Assembly (NCBI GenBank): GCA_964016885.1
Contig: OZ024746.1
Span: forward strand, 92,690,001 to 92,754,000
Origin: Eledone cirrhosa
Lineage: Eukaryota
DNA length: 64,000 nucleotides
Direction: 5' to 3'
Shown here: in pieces, positions 1-13,357 of the stretch
Layout of the letters: every line of letters starts with the position of its first letter
Numbering within the stretch: the first letter of the stretch is position 1
Notes under the pieces: model-generated
Seen by the model: only the letters and a program-made list of their open reading frames with translations
What the model was told of the DNA's origin: nothing
Databases searched by the model: none
Made by a program: the position numbers and the translations under genes

Positions 1-260
1 TACCATTTACGTGGTTTTGTCTTTGCGTGCTATTGTTCTCCACGCTCCACATATGACGTATTATCTTCGTTTTTTTCGTTCATTGCCAGAGAACGTCTCT
101 ATGAACCACCTAAGAGAACATTAGTCTACGACCTCTTTTATACCATAAACGTGGTTCTGTCTTTGCGCGTAATTGTTTTTCACCGCTCCTATTAATGACG
201 TATCTTATTCGTTTTTTCCCCCGTTCTTTGCCAGCGAACGTTTCCACGAACCAAAGTATC
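1..260. repeat. Two diverged tandem copies of a ~140-bp CpG-containing unit
   Basis: taccatttacgtggttttgtctttgcg at 1 and taccataaacgtggttctgtctttgcg at 141; both contain atgacgta and ttgccag.gaacgt. Confidence 0.8.
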
Positions 261-331
261 GTCTTCCTGTCTTCCTCCGGTTGCAACGTTTTTTGAAATA
301 TCCACTTCTGCGTTTACAGATTGACTTTGTT

Positions 332-382
332 AGTTTCAGAAGATCCCGTTAAGGGTGAAAGCAGCGATTCTTTGCTTAAACT
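332..382 (+). ncRNA. Degenerate hammerhead ribozyme motif
   Basis: AGTTT-CAGAAGA-TCCC/GGGT-GAAAGCA..TGCTT-AAACT; all three stems present, core U4 replaced by A. Confidence 0.5.
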
Positions 383-402
383 TTAATCTGTTATTTTAAT
401 AA

Positions 403-435
<33 letters not shown>

Positions 436-438
436 TAC

Positions 439-483
<45 letters not shown>

Positions 484-660
484 AATATATAAATATATAT
501 ATATATACAAATATATATAAATATATATATATACATATATATATATATGTATATATATATATGTATATATATATGTGTGTGTATGTGTTTGTGTATATAT
601 ATGTGTGTGTGTGTATGTATAAATATATATATGTGTATGTGTGTGTGTGTATTTATATAA
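403..660. repeat. (TA)n/(TG)n compound microsatellite; similar tracts recur throughout the window
   Basis: Direct reading. Confidence 0.95.
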
Positions 661-2034
661 AGTACCTTGTGGTTGTGGTGGTGGGGGATAATGCGACTAC
701 TTTTTCATCTTGGCTTTAAAAATAATTAGGTCAACACGCGTGTGTGTGTGTGTATGTATGTGTTTATGTAGCTGGTGACTATAGTCATATGATGAGAGAC
801 CTCCCTCCATGAACAGAGCACAAATCCGTGGGGAAAATCACGTACTCATATTTTTTTTTAAATTGAAACTAAATTTTCTGGCTTTATCTGTATGGTCAGA
901 AGGTTCTAAACCAAACATGAGCAATATTTTTCAAGTAGTGGGCTGCATCATAAGGCAGACCAGACTACTAAAAAAAAAAATTAAGGTAATTTTTTATAAG
1001 GCATGCCATTGAGGAAGTCAAACAGGCTAAAGTTTGTCCATCACTGCATTAAAACTTTTCACACCAAACTGGCTCTAGTTCTATGATACTAAGCTATTTG
1101 GCAGGTGGCCTAGTGTTGGTGATCTACATGAAAAATTCACTGTAAAGTCGTTGGTGATAGGAATGTCATCCAGCTATAGAAAGCTTGCGAAACAAGGGTT
1201 GAGAGGCCCCATCAGTCATGTGTCAAGGACATGGCAACCTCCCTAGTGTTGGTGATCTACATCGTAAACACACCCAATACATGCTGTAAAGTGGTTGCTG
1301 ATAAGAAGGGCATCCAGCCATAAAAAGCTTTCCAAACAAAGGGTTGGGAGGACTCTTCATTCGTGACAAAGATATGACAACCTCTCTGTACATAATCAAG
1401 ATGCAGATCCGTGGCCTCGCTGGGAGATCAGAATTCCCATTTCAGTTATGACCTGGTCTATATAGACCTGTCCAACACTTGATAGCAGGGAAAGTACTCT
1501 CGGGTCCAAAATACTGGGGAGGTGGAATAAACAGGGGGGTTGGACATCTGCTTAAATTCTTAAAAGCAGCAGGGTTGGAATAAACGGGGAAAGGGAAATC
1601 GGTAATTGCATAGTGTACATTTGTAAATATTCTTGTAATGTTCTTATTTTGTCATATATAATGTTTTTAATGTAAAATAAAATTATTATTAGATTCTTCA
1701 GCTGCTGTATCAATATGAATGACAATTTATTAAGCAGGGTGGGGTGATTATTCAAGACCTGGAAGTAGATGTTAAAACGATGATGATGATAATGATGATG
1801 GGGATATATATGCATATGTGTGTTTTTATAGCACAAAAAATTGCATGAACAAGGAGTAAGGAAGAAAAAGAGTACACAATATATATTGTAAAATTTTATC
1901 ATATTTATTGTTAGTTGAAAATGTATCTAAGTGTTACTCTGATGGATAAAAAGAATATTGGAATAACCTAAGAATAAAACCAGGACCATAAGATAAATTT
2001 TGTTGTGGAAGTCAGCTACACACTTGATGTCAAT

Positions 2035-2305
2035 ATCTTCTTCTTCTTCACCCACTTAGTCCTGAGAGGGTCATGGGTGCAGAGTCCTCAAACACTCCTT
2101 CCATCAGGTCCTGTCAGAAACAAATGTCTCCAACTGATCCAGCTGGATCTCCAAGTGAGACCAGCTAAGCACATGAATGTTATCCAACCATCTTGCTCGG
2201 AATCTACCCCTAGGTCTCCTGCTGGTTGGTTTTGCCCATAAAATCTGTCCAGCACTTTATTCCTGAGACATTCTAACCTCATGCCTATAGTATCAGAGCT
2301 GTGAT
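2035..2305 (-). mobile_element. RTE-clade LINE 3' end fragment (family A; related copies at 7860-8395, 42130-42480, 57610-57730)
   Basis: Shared sequence gacagattttacaggcaaaacca…gga.gacccagggg; decayed C-terminal frame. Confidence 0.7.
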
Positions 2306-2419
2306 GTCAATGTGGCTGGGAAAATACAGGAGAAAGAAGACATCTTTGGACCAATAATGATAAGTCCTTAAATCCAAGTCCTAAAATACACTTTCAGCTT
2401 GATAACCATTCTTATTAGA

Positions 2420-2990
2420 GACACAGGATATGTTTCAACCAACCTGGATAAAGAATTTATTGGAAAAGATATATTTCACTTGTGCATTTACTACCAACTA
2501 TTCCTATGAACCTGTTACATGCAAAGTATATCTTTTCTGTTAGCCGACCAATAATTCCACTACACATCTTGTGTAGCCATACTTTAAATTGTGAACATCA
2601 TAGAGAATTATTATGAACTCCTTTTCTACATATTGAGCATGGCCACTTCCATGAAGAAACTGGAGTCCTGTCTTCTTTTCTATTTAGTAAAACTTTGGTC
2701 ATTACTAGGTTTACTCTGAGCCCTTTTGATTCTAAGTTCTGTTTCCATAAAAGGAATTTCTACCTTAGCTCGTCCACAAATTTGGTTATAAGAAGCTGGT
2801 CATCAGTATATAGATGTTTCCTTGGACAGCCAATCTTAAACTTCTCTGATATAGCCTGTAGGACTATAATAAACAAGAGGAGATTGAGCTTTGATGGACA
2901 CCCACCTTCATACTGAATTCTTCACAAAATTCCTTACCTACTCTCACTTTACTGACAGAACTTCTGTACATGGGTTGCACTACTCTTACA
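2420..2990 (-). mobile_element. Decayed RTE LINE RT/PHD fragment (family B)
   Basis: Minus-strand remnants ..CSICRKGV..VWLHKMCSGI; homologous to 31931-32790. Confidence 0.7.
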
Positions 2991-3467
2991 CATACACACA
3001 TGTGCATTAGTGCACACATATATTCTCACATATGGTGCACATACATAAACCTATGCATACATATATGCAAATATATAAACACACACACACACATGAAGAT
3101 AAGTCCAATGGATTGCACTGCAGCCATCACTCTATGTAACATGTCCTCAGCTTCTTTGCTATGTCATCTGCAAAAGCCAACTGAGGTAGATCTTCCACCG
3201 GATGCCAGGTACTTTATTAACTTTTCAGCATTATCCCATCTAATGATGTAATGACATTACCTAGTGATTAATCACAAAGAAGAAAGGGGCCAGAAGATCT
3301 CCCTAGAGGACTCTGGTATCAATGCGGAATAGGTCTGAGTTTCCTTCAGATGTCAATATAAGTGCTGAAATATTCTCATACATGACTCGTGCACAGTCAC
3401 GTATACATATATGTATAAATAAATATATATATATATATATCTATATATATATATATATATATTTCAC

Positions 3468-3725
3468 CATCATCATCATCATCATTTAACGTCCATATTC
3501 CACGCTTGCATGGGTTTGGACGGGAGTTTTTCCACTTGAGGCAAGAGTGGTTGTCTTGCTCGCATAGGACTGTCTGGCAGGTTTTCTACAGTTGGATGCC
3601 CTTCCTAACACCAACCACATTTACAGTGTGGAACTGGGAGGTTTTTACCGTGTTGCCTACACGGCCACATTACAGCGTGGACTGTGTGTTTTTTTGTCGT
3701 GACACCTACACGATCTCATTTGTTT
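3468..3725 (-). mobile_element. 5'-truncated 3' end of RTE family B with (ATG)n tail; similar ends near 1140, 9999, 20333, 21375, 26493, 37995, 48455, 49758, 54770, 60000
   Basis: Nearly identical to 31550-31797; shared core ggatgcccttcctaacaccaacc. Confidence 0.85.
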
Positions 3726-4208
3726 ATTTATTTATACATATATGTATACGTGACTGTGTGGACGAGTCATGTATGAGAATATTTCAGACCGTACATTGAC
3801 ATCTGAAGGAAACTCAGACCTATATATATATATATATATATATATTAATATATATATATGCATATATGAATGTACGTATTGTATATTTAATAATATACTG
3901 TATGTTTATTTTAAAACATTTTGAAGGCCTTTCGTTCTGAATTTAGGGTAGTGACAGGTCGACTCATTTGAGGCAAGTGGGGTCAGGTGACTGTGTCTTG
4001 CTCATACAGAACTGTTTCTAGCTTGGTTCCTATGGCTGGATGCCCTTCCTAACACCAACCACCTTTTTGTTGTGACATCTACACGACCACTTTACAGTGT
4101 GGACTGGGTGTGTTTTGATAATAATAATAAAAATAATATATATATGAGTGTAATTTTCTATGCACACACACACACATTTATATATATATATAATTATACA
4201 TAGGCTTG

Positions 4209-4290
4209 TGGGCGTGATTTAATCAAATTCTTTGTTTCTTTGATTGGACAATAGGAGCTTAAAGGCTTAAAATGATTGACAGGTGGAGCA
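4209..4290. promoter_or_regulatory. Possible promoter-like segment about 1 kb upstream of the KMO ATG
   Basis: GGGCGTG and inverted CCAAT (GATTGG) in a short unique island between microsatellites; motif evidence only. Confidence 0.2.
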
Positions 4291-4337
4291 GTCATCAGCA
4301 CCATTTTCATCACCATCATAATCCCCTTTCATTCGAC

Positions 4338-4377
<40 letters not shown>

Positions 4378-4401
4378 CTCTCTCTCTCTATATATATATA
4401 C

Positions 4402-4446
<45 letters not shown>

Positions 4447-5259
4447 AACAGCTAACCATCTCCCTGTCACATGTATATATACATGTATATTTATATATAT
4501 ATATATATGCGCATACATTTATGTATAGACTTGTGTAGGTGTTTTGTATATAGGTGTGTGTTTGTGTGTGAGTGTATCTATGTATGTATGTATGTATGTA
4601 TGTATGTATGCATGTGTGTCCTTACAGACATGTAAATGTTAATGTGTATGTATCGGAATATGCACATGTATATGGCTGTCATCCTACTATTACAGCTTGT
4701 CTGTCGCACACACCCCTCATACACACCCATGTTTGTGTATATGTTTGAGGGTGTATATACATATATGCATATAGATATAAATTTGCTTCCCTCAAATCAT
4801 ATAGGGCAGAAAGAAGCTAGAGTTTGAGCTATTGGATTGTACATTATATATTGTTTCGGGGTGATGCTCATCTTTCCTTCCTCTTCTTCTTATCATTATT
4901 CTCGTTCTTATCAAGCACTATACAAAAAAGGACTGAGTTGATGAAGTTCTATATAAAATAATTTATAAAATCGAAAACAGCGGGAGGGGAAATTTAAACA
5001 GATTCATATAACATATATAAATATATATATATATTGATGTGTATATATTATAATAATATATATTATTTTAACCCCTTCTTGCAACCAGCCTAAAGAAAAA
5101 AGAAAAGAAACCTTGCTGCAACCATAAATTTCCACATTATATATATTATATGTAAATGTTTTAAAGATTATTTAAAGATTATATAAACAGGAGTGAAAAA
5201 AGAATATAAAACCTATATTGCCACTAGGTATCAGGTAAATCTGTCAATAGAAAATCATT

Positions 5260-5307
5260 ATGGAGACAAATGATACAAAACATATTGCAATTATTGGAGG
5301 TGGTTTG
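5260..5307 (+). CDS. KMO: Kynurenine 3-monooxygenase, coding exon 1 (METNDTKHIAIIGGGL)
   Basis: ATG at 5260; start of the FAD-binding Rossmann motif (IAIIGGGL); donor GTAAGT at 5308, phase 0. Confidence 0.93.
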
Positions 5308-5377
5308 GTAAGTAATGCTTTGATTTATCTTTATTTTATTTGATTTCATGTTTATAACTTCTGTTTCAATATGCTGT

Positions 5378-6050
5378 GCCTATCTAGTTTAGAATAGGTA
5401 CATTGTATTCCTGTGTCTATCTGGTTTAGAATAGGTACATTGTATTCCTGTGTCTATCTGGTTTAGAATAGATATGCCGTATCCCTGAGTGTATCTGGTT
5501 AAAATAGATACACCATATCCTTGTGTATATCTGGCTTAAAATCATATTTCTGCATGTTTAAAATAGCAGACCTGCCAACCTCTAAAAACCCAAATGGGGA
5601 GTACCATTATAAAAGTGCCCCAAAACAGGGAGAAATTAAGCAAAATAGAAAAATTTTACATAATGAAAGCTATACCCATTTTCACAAGAGAAGACATCTC
5701 TCACCTACCCCAAAGTGGGTGGGAGATCTCCCTGTTGGATGGGGAGAGTTGACAGGTCTGAAATAGGTACACTTTATCCCTGTGGTATCTGATATAGAAT
5801 AGGTACACTGTGTGTATCTGATTTAGTATAGGTACATTATAACCATGTGTATATCTAGTTTAAATAGGTACATCATATCTCCGTGTGTATCTGATTTAGT
5901 ATAGGTATGCTGTATCCATGTGATCCCTGTGTCCATCTTGTTTATAATAGGTTCACTGTATCCTGTATGTATTTGAATTACAATAGGCATATTGTATCTG
6001 TGTGTATCTGGTTTCAAACAGGTACAATGTAACCTTGTGTGTATCCTGTG
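5378..6050 (+). repeat. 37-bp minisatellite (gtgtatctggtttagaataggtacactgtatccctgt-like), interrupted by a MITE
   Basis: Units start at 5381, 5418, 5455; the array resumes after 5761. Confidence 0.88.
5567..5760. mobile_element. MITE with TIRs CAGACCTGCCAAC / GTTGACAGGTCTG and apparent 6-bp TSD AAATAG
   Basis: 13-bp TIR with one mismatch; AAATAG at 5561-5566 and 5761-5766. Confidence 0.8.
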
Positions 6051-7033
6051 TTACATAAGAGGTGATTAAAAAGATTGGCACTAGGAAGGGCCATAAAACA
6101 TTGCCTCAAATGAGGACTCCATGATGAGAATGGTTAAGCCTGTCGTAGGGCCCAAAAGGGTAACCTCTACTTTAGCAAGGAAAATGGTCTTAAAATGCTT
6201 ATTGTTGTTGTTATTGTAAATCTGTATCCCTACATGTTGTACGAGGTAACTAAAAGGGTCGGTGTCAGGCAAAACATCTGACCGTAAAACATCAAGAACC
6301 CTATGATAAGAATTAATCCTATCATAGGGGCCACACAGCTAAACTCTACTTTGGCAGGGAAGTTGGCTTTAAAACGATTATTGTTTTGTATCTTATATTT
6401 CAATATCGTGTTTTCAGTTAGATTTTTTTTTTTTTTTATATTGCCAAATGCCAAATGCCTTCAAATTGTTGGTCATTTTCAAAATTTTTGAAAATCATAG
6501 CGAGTGATTTTTATTAGAAAAAAACCTTAAAATGTTTATATTTATCTGAAAACCTTCCACCATAATATTATGTAAGAACATTTATTAAGTTATGTTCACC
6601 AGCTTATTAATGAGAAAGTTATATTACAAAGCACTTCAAATCAATTGATATTTTCAATATTAACTAAAAATCATAAACAGTGTCATTCATTAGAAATATG
6701 GTAACAAAAGGCTTAAGAAATGCTTTCCATGTAATATTCGTATTATATTTAGAGTTTAAATCCTGCCAAAGTTGACTTTTCCTTTCATCATCCAGGAGTC
6801 AATAAATAAGTTCCAATACAACAGGAATTGAGTATTGGTAGAAATGTTGTGTGTAACCAGTTGAGAATAAACATACCATGCTCATATATAATATATACAT
6901 ATTGTAAATATCAGCATCTTTTTTAATTTATTCTTATACTGAATTTCCATCATAACTACACACTACAAATGCAGAGTGCTTTCTGCTGCTTACTCCTGTT
7001 TTTTTGCCAAAACAACTTTTACTGAACATATAT

Positions 7034-7099
<66 letters not shown>

Positions 7100-7214
7100 C
7101 ATTTCCTCCAAGCGTAAACATAATATAACTGTGTAATTTTGCAATACTGTGTATGTTTTGTTTCCTTTCTTTATTAACTATATATATATATACATATATA
7201 TATACATATATAAG

Positions 7215-8395
7215 GTGACTAAATTGATGCTTAGTGACAGCAAAGGCGTCCAAAGTTAAGACATGGGAGAACTTTGGGGTTAATAAAGTGTTCTGGCAGA
7301 CCATCTGTCGACTTTGTAATAAGAAATTCTCCTCCACACCTGCTATCAGGAATGCATATGGGGTTCTTTCTTCAAATAGGTGGCATCCTCACGAGGTGGA
7401 GAGAATACTTTGTTGATCTCCTAAACCTGATCACAACTGCATCTTCGGATGTGCATCTGGGAGCGATGACTAATCTCTCGGATCCTGAGGTCACAAGAGC
7501 TATTATAGAGCTCAAATGTGGTAAGGTAAATAGGAGGATGAAATTTGGCCCAAGATGTTAAAAGCCTTAAATAGAGAAGATGTTCTCTGGTTGACTCATG
7601 TGTGCTGGATGGCTTGGATCTCTGGAAAGGCACCTAAGCATTGGCAATCGGGGGTGATAATTCCAATTTCCAAAAAGGCAGACAAGAGAAATTGCTCCAA
7701 TTATAGAGGTATCTCCTTGTTAAGCCTCCCCAGTAAAGTCTATGCTAAGTGTCTGCCAAAGAGATGTAGGGAGATTGTTAAGTCTAAGCTAGCTGATGAA
7801 CAGTGTGGTTTTCGCCCTGGATGCAGCACAGCCAACCAAATATTCACAGGTCTTTGAGAAGGCATATAATCGAAAAGGCATACAATTGTTGGACAGATTT
7901 TACAGGCAAAACCAACTGGTAGGAGACCCAGGGGTAAACCCAGAGTAAGATGGTTGGATAAATCCATGAGCTTGGCTGGTTTCGCTTGAGGATCCAGTCA
8001 ATTAAATTGGAAAAGGTTGCTTCTCACAAGACCCACTGTAAAGAGTGTTTGAGGACTTTACCCCCACTACCCTTCCAACAGGTCTTGTCAGAAGCAACCA
8101 TCTCCAACTGATCTGGCTGAATCTCCAAGCGAGTCCAGCCAAGTTCATGGATGTTATCCGACCATCTTGCTCGGGGTCTCCTACCAGTTGGTTTTGCCTA
8201 TAAAATCTGTCCAGCAACTTTTTCCAGAGATATTCTAACCACATGCCTATAGCATTGCAGCTGTGATCTCTCAATTTGGAGAAGTAGCAGCTCTACCTGG
8301 AGTGACTCTCTGATCTCCGAACTATGCACTCTATTGAATAATGTTACTCCAAAGACCGTTCGAAGGAACCCTATTATGGCTACTTGTATTCTTAT
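7215..8395 (+). mobile_element. RTE-clade LINE RT fragment plus 3' end, followed by an inverted 3' fragment
   Basis: ORF 7555-7857: IIPISKKADKRNCSNYRGISLLSLPSKVY…EQCGFRPG (non-LTR RT domains 0-2); 7880-8000 is complementary to 8110-8215. Confidence 0.85.
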
Positions 8396-8766
8396 ATTAT
8401 AAGATAGGAGGCTGAGTGTTCCACTGATATGTGTACCTTTAACATAATCCAAGTTGAATCAGCATGACACAATATATGACAAAGCTGGACCTTTGAATTA
8501 CAAGTACAATTCATCCAATGTAGTAGTCTCCATCAACTCACTTTTACTTGCAAGGCTTGGGTCAACTCAAGGCTATGAAAAAGAAACTTGCTCATGATGC
8601 TACAGTGGAATTAAGCCTGCCTTTTATCCTCCTGGGATCGATGAAATAAAGTTCCAGTAAAGTACTGGAGTCAATCAATTAAAGCACGAGTGAAATACTG
8701 AGGCATATATAATCAACTTATCCCTCCTACCAAAATTGCTGGCCTTTTACCTAAATTAGAAACCAT

Positions 8767-8955
8767 TGGTGGATTGGCAGTATTGGTAGAGGGTCAGGCG
8801 CCATGCTTTGACGCATAGAGTTACGGCTCTTGCCATTCTGAGTTCAAATCCCGCCGAGGTTAACTTTGCCTTTCATCCTTACGGGGTCGATAAAATAAAG
8901 TACCAGTAATACACTGGGAAATTGCTGGCCTTGTGCCAAAAGTAGAAACAATTAT
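8767..8955 (+). mobile_element. tRNA-derived SINE family 1 (copies near 6750, 8590, 12660, 21045, 27155, 27975, 29855, 51843, 53052)
   Basis: Box A-like tggcagtattggtaga, box B gagttcaaatcc; conserved body actttgcctttcatccttacggggtcgataaaataaagtaccag. Confidence 0.88.
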
Positions 8956-9939
8956 TATTATTTTCTTCTCTTTATTCAACATTTAGTTGTTCCTCTGCCA
9001 GTATTTGGATTACGAGGTATCAAACTGTCTCCTGCAGCTTATATACCATGATAAAATGTACTCTATAAAATAATTGTGTTGGTATCCTGATAAAATGTCC
9101 CAGTGCATTCTTTAAAATGATTGAGTTGGTACCATGATAAAATGTACCCAGAGCACTCTATAAAATGATAGTGTTGGTACCATCGTAAAATGTACCCTCT
9201 GTTCAGTGGTTGGTATTAAGAAGGGGTATCCAGCTGTAGAAACTATGCCAAAAATGGAACATATGAGTAGGATGTTGTCTGTCTAGTTTCATAATGTAAC
9301 AACCTATCCAAACAATGCCAGCATGAAACATAGATATAAAACAATGAGGTTAATGATGATGATGACAATGGTGATGATGATGATGATGATGATGATATTG
9401 ATAATGATAAGGATGATGATGATGACAATTATGACTATGATGATGATAATGATGATGATAGTCATGATGACTACCTTTGCAAGTTTTGATTGTCCTCCTC
9501 CCTTTACATTCCTTTCTCATCACGGTTGTCAGAATTAATATGTTTTACTCCGCCTAGTTCCAAAACAGGTATAATTAGAATATTTGAATCACAGCTATCA
9601 ATTATTTTATTATTAGTTAACAGAAGCACCTCCCTGCAGGCAGTTCTTTGCTACTATGAACACAGACATAGTTTTGGGATTTAGGGATTTCATTTTGCAA
9701 CCACATTGATTCAGGCTCCAATCCAATTACATAACACTTTAGGCAAGTATTTTCTACTATAGCCTGGGTTATCCAATATCTTGTGAATGAAATTTGGTAG
9801 ACTAAAACTGTAAAGAAGTCCATCAGGTACTTGTTACATATATATCTGTATGAACTAAATTTCAACCTTCTCTACTGACTTATTGAGTACCTTGCTTATC
9901 TGCAGTTATCTTCCATGCTCTTCTATTAATAATAATAAT

Positions 9940-9998
<59 letters not shown>

Positions 9999-10001
<3 letters not shown>

Positions 10002-10845
10002 TCATCATCATCATCATCATCATCATTAGCGTTTAATGTCTATTTGCCATGCTAGCATGGTTAGACAGGTTGTCCTGTTTGAGGCAAGGTAGGTCAGGTG
10101 ATCATGTCTTGCTCCCACAGAACTGTTTCTGGGTTGGTTTCTACAGCTGGATGCCCTTCCTAATGCCAACCATGTTTACAGTGTGGGCTGGGTGCTTTTT
10201 GTTGTGACACCTGCATGACCACTTTACAGAGTAGGCTGAATACATTTTTTGGGACGCCTACATGACCACATTTCAGTGTGGACTGGGTGCTTTTTATTGT
10301 GTTGCCATCACAAGTGAGGGCTTGAGGCATACATGTATGGTTCAGCTTCAGCCTGTATATATGGGAAGGTGGCTCTTCTGTATTACTACATAACGCTAGC
10401 GATCTTGGTCCTGTGTCATCGTCTTTGAGAGGTACAATTGGAAAGGTCAGCTTTTATTACCTCATCCCAAGTCTTCCAAAGTCTCTCCCCTCCATCAACT
10501 TTGAGTGCTCTGCACCTTTTTATATAGCTGTCATCCTTCATATGCATTACATGTCCATACCAATACAATCTTCTCTCCTGCACACTGCATCTGATTCCTC
10601 TTATGCCTAGTTTCTCTCTCAGTTCATTTATGCTTTGCCGTTCACAAACATTACTATTACACTTCCATCGGAGCATGCAAGTTTCATTTCTTTCCAATTT
10701 TCGCAAGTCTTCTGTACACAACACCCAGGTATAAATCTGAACTACATCTCATTAGATTTACTCAGTCACCTAATCAGCTGTGCTGTAACTCTTTCTGTTA
10801 CTTTCATGAACTAGTCCATCAACTTCATAGCTCTATAGTTTTCTC
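9999..10845 (-). mobile_element. RTE family B 3' portion
   Basis: ORF 10416-10724 (-): RKLERNE…RRLYWYGHVMHM…KTWDEVI; (ATG)n tail at 9999-10025. Confidence 0.85.
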
Positions 10846-10912
10846 TGCCTGAGGGAACATATGTACTGTGTACTGTCATTGCTCTAGTTACTATTAACAC
10901 CGTTATTATTGT

Positions 10913-10946
<34 letters not shown>

Positions 10947-10959
10947 CATATATATATAT

Positions 10960-11545
10960 ATGAATGTGGGCTGGAAGCCACTAGAGCTGGCTGAGAACTT
11001 CCTGTATCTGGGAGCAAAGATTAGGAACACAGAGGATGATGTGGAGGGGAGAAAGAGCAAAGCCTGGGTGGCATGTCATAGTTTGAGGTCGGTGTGGAAG
11101 TCAGACCTTTGTAGAGAACCTGAAGATCGATCTCTTCATCACTACAGTGGAGTCTGTGCTGCTGTGTGGATCTGAGTCTTGGATGCTGACCAAGAGACTC
11201 ACTCAGATGGTGGATGGGTGCTACACAAGAATGCTGAGGATGGCTCTGAACATTAATCAGTATGCACTGAGGATGAAAAACACAGAGCTAGAAGGGAGCA
11301 TCCCAAAAGTCAGCTCAAAAGTGACACAGTGGAGACTGAGGTTAGCTGGACATGCTCATATATATATCCAGAGTTGACACTGCACTCTGGGGTCTTGTGG
11401 GAGCCCCTATGCAGACACATTGGAAGAGGGAGACCAAGGATAACATATATTGATGCCCTAAGGACAGACATGGTCTCTGGGAGACATGGTACATAACAGC
11501 GATGATGAACGACAGAGACCCCTGGAGAAAACTCGTCCATGGATC
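10960..11545 (+). mobile_element. RTE-like LINE C-terminal fragment (distinct family) between (TA)n tracts
   Basis: FLYLG…ESVLLCGSESW…DGCYTRMLRMALNI; frameshifted. Confidence 0.8.
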
Positions 11546-11565
11546 TCTGTAATTTTACTTGCCCT

Positions 11566-11637
<72 letters not shown>

Positions 11638-13357
11638 ATATATTTATACACACACACACACATATATATATTTATTTATACACACACATACATATATATA
11701 TATTTATTTATATACACACACACATACATATATATATATTTATTTATACACACACTCACACACATACATATATATATATATTTATATACACAGACATACA
11801 CACACACATACACACACATACACACACATATATATAAAACAATAAAAATAAAGTTAATAAAAACTAGAGCAATGACAGCACACAGTACATATCTCCCTCA
11901 GGCAGTTCAACAGACAGTTAAATACTGCAGTGGTGGAGTTATTATACAGTAGCAACCTTAACTACTTAGCCACACTAAACAGATCATCCATTGTTGTTTA
12001 CATTACTCTCAAACTTCAGTGGTCAGATTAACTCACCACGTTTTTCTTTCACCAACCCTGCTGGTTATACAGAATAGAAGCACCACTCAAACACATAACC
12101 AACACAAGAAACCCACCTCTGTTCTTTACACCAAGAGAAAAATTTGGTGGTCTGCAGAAAAATGTGGACATCATTTGCAATTTTTATATTTTATTAATAA
12201 TCAAACAAAAATAATATTCAGTTAAAATATATTTTATAACCCCACCTAAAAAATGTTTCAGTAGGTGCATTTCATATTAATAAAATGGAAGTTCTCTGAT
12301 CATTATTTTACAGATGTATTTATCTTTTTAAAAAAATTCCTATTTGTGGTCTGTGGAATTTAAAATTATGAATTTAGAGGTCCATGAGGTCTGAAAAGTT
12401 GGCACCACTGCTCTACTCTACCCTTAATCCATCGTGGCCAGATTAGTTTTCCACCCATCTCTTTCACCAACCACATGGTTGCAGAGTTTTTAGATACAGG
12501 GGTAAAGTTATATAGAAGCAACTCCCACCACCCAGCTACACCACCCTCAATACAGCCCCCAAATCTTAAGGGCCAGATTCAATTCACCAACTCTTTCTTT
12601 CACCTACAACTCCTGGTTATGGGTTTTTTCAATATGAAGAAAAAGTTATAAAATAGGCAGCAAATTGGTAGTCATTATGAATGTTGGATAGAATGCTTTG
12701 TGGCATTCATTCTAACTCTCTACTCCCTGAGTTCAAATCCTCCCGAGGTCAACTTTGCCTTTCATCCATTTATGGTCAATAAAAAAGTACCAGTCAAGTA
12801 CTGGGATGCTTCTTTTTCTATACCGCTTTCTCACTTCTAATCTTTCACTCTTTCTATCCTTCTCTGGAGGAAATCTACTATATTCAGGCCTGATGAGGAG
12901 ATGGGCTCTGCCTAGTTTTTTTTAAAAATGCCCTAGAAACGCTGTATGTCAATATGGTGCCCTTATGATTCCTCGGGAGTTACAGGTCCATACCATACCA
13001 AACCAAAGTTATAAAGCAACTCCCACTACCCAGTCACAATACTCTCACAAGAAACCCACCACAGTCCTCAACCTCCCACCCATGAAACATCTATAGACAA
13101 ATCATCTCACCACTTCTTTCTTTTACCAACAACCCCTTTGGTTGTATTTTTGTTTTAAATGCAGTGATTTTTTAAGGTAGTATGGAGCAGTAATCTAAAC
13201 CACATAGCCACCACTTCTCTTTACACTAATGACTAACTTCACTGGACTAATCAACTCATCACACCTGTATTTACAAGTAGTAAATGCAGGTGTGATGAAG
13301 ATGTTATAAATCAGCAGCCTGGATCACACAACTACATTATCTACACAAAACACCCAC

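Noticed and set aside
8767-8850. tRNA-like A/B boxes (also 30723, 49075, 51843)
   Set aside because: These are SINE heads continuing into shared SINE bodies, with no complete cloverleaf.
12885-12965. CTGATGA…GAAAC hammerhead-like motif
   Set aside because: Stem III relies on G-U pairs, U16.1 is changed to C and no stem I can be formed. At most a decayed relic.
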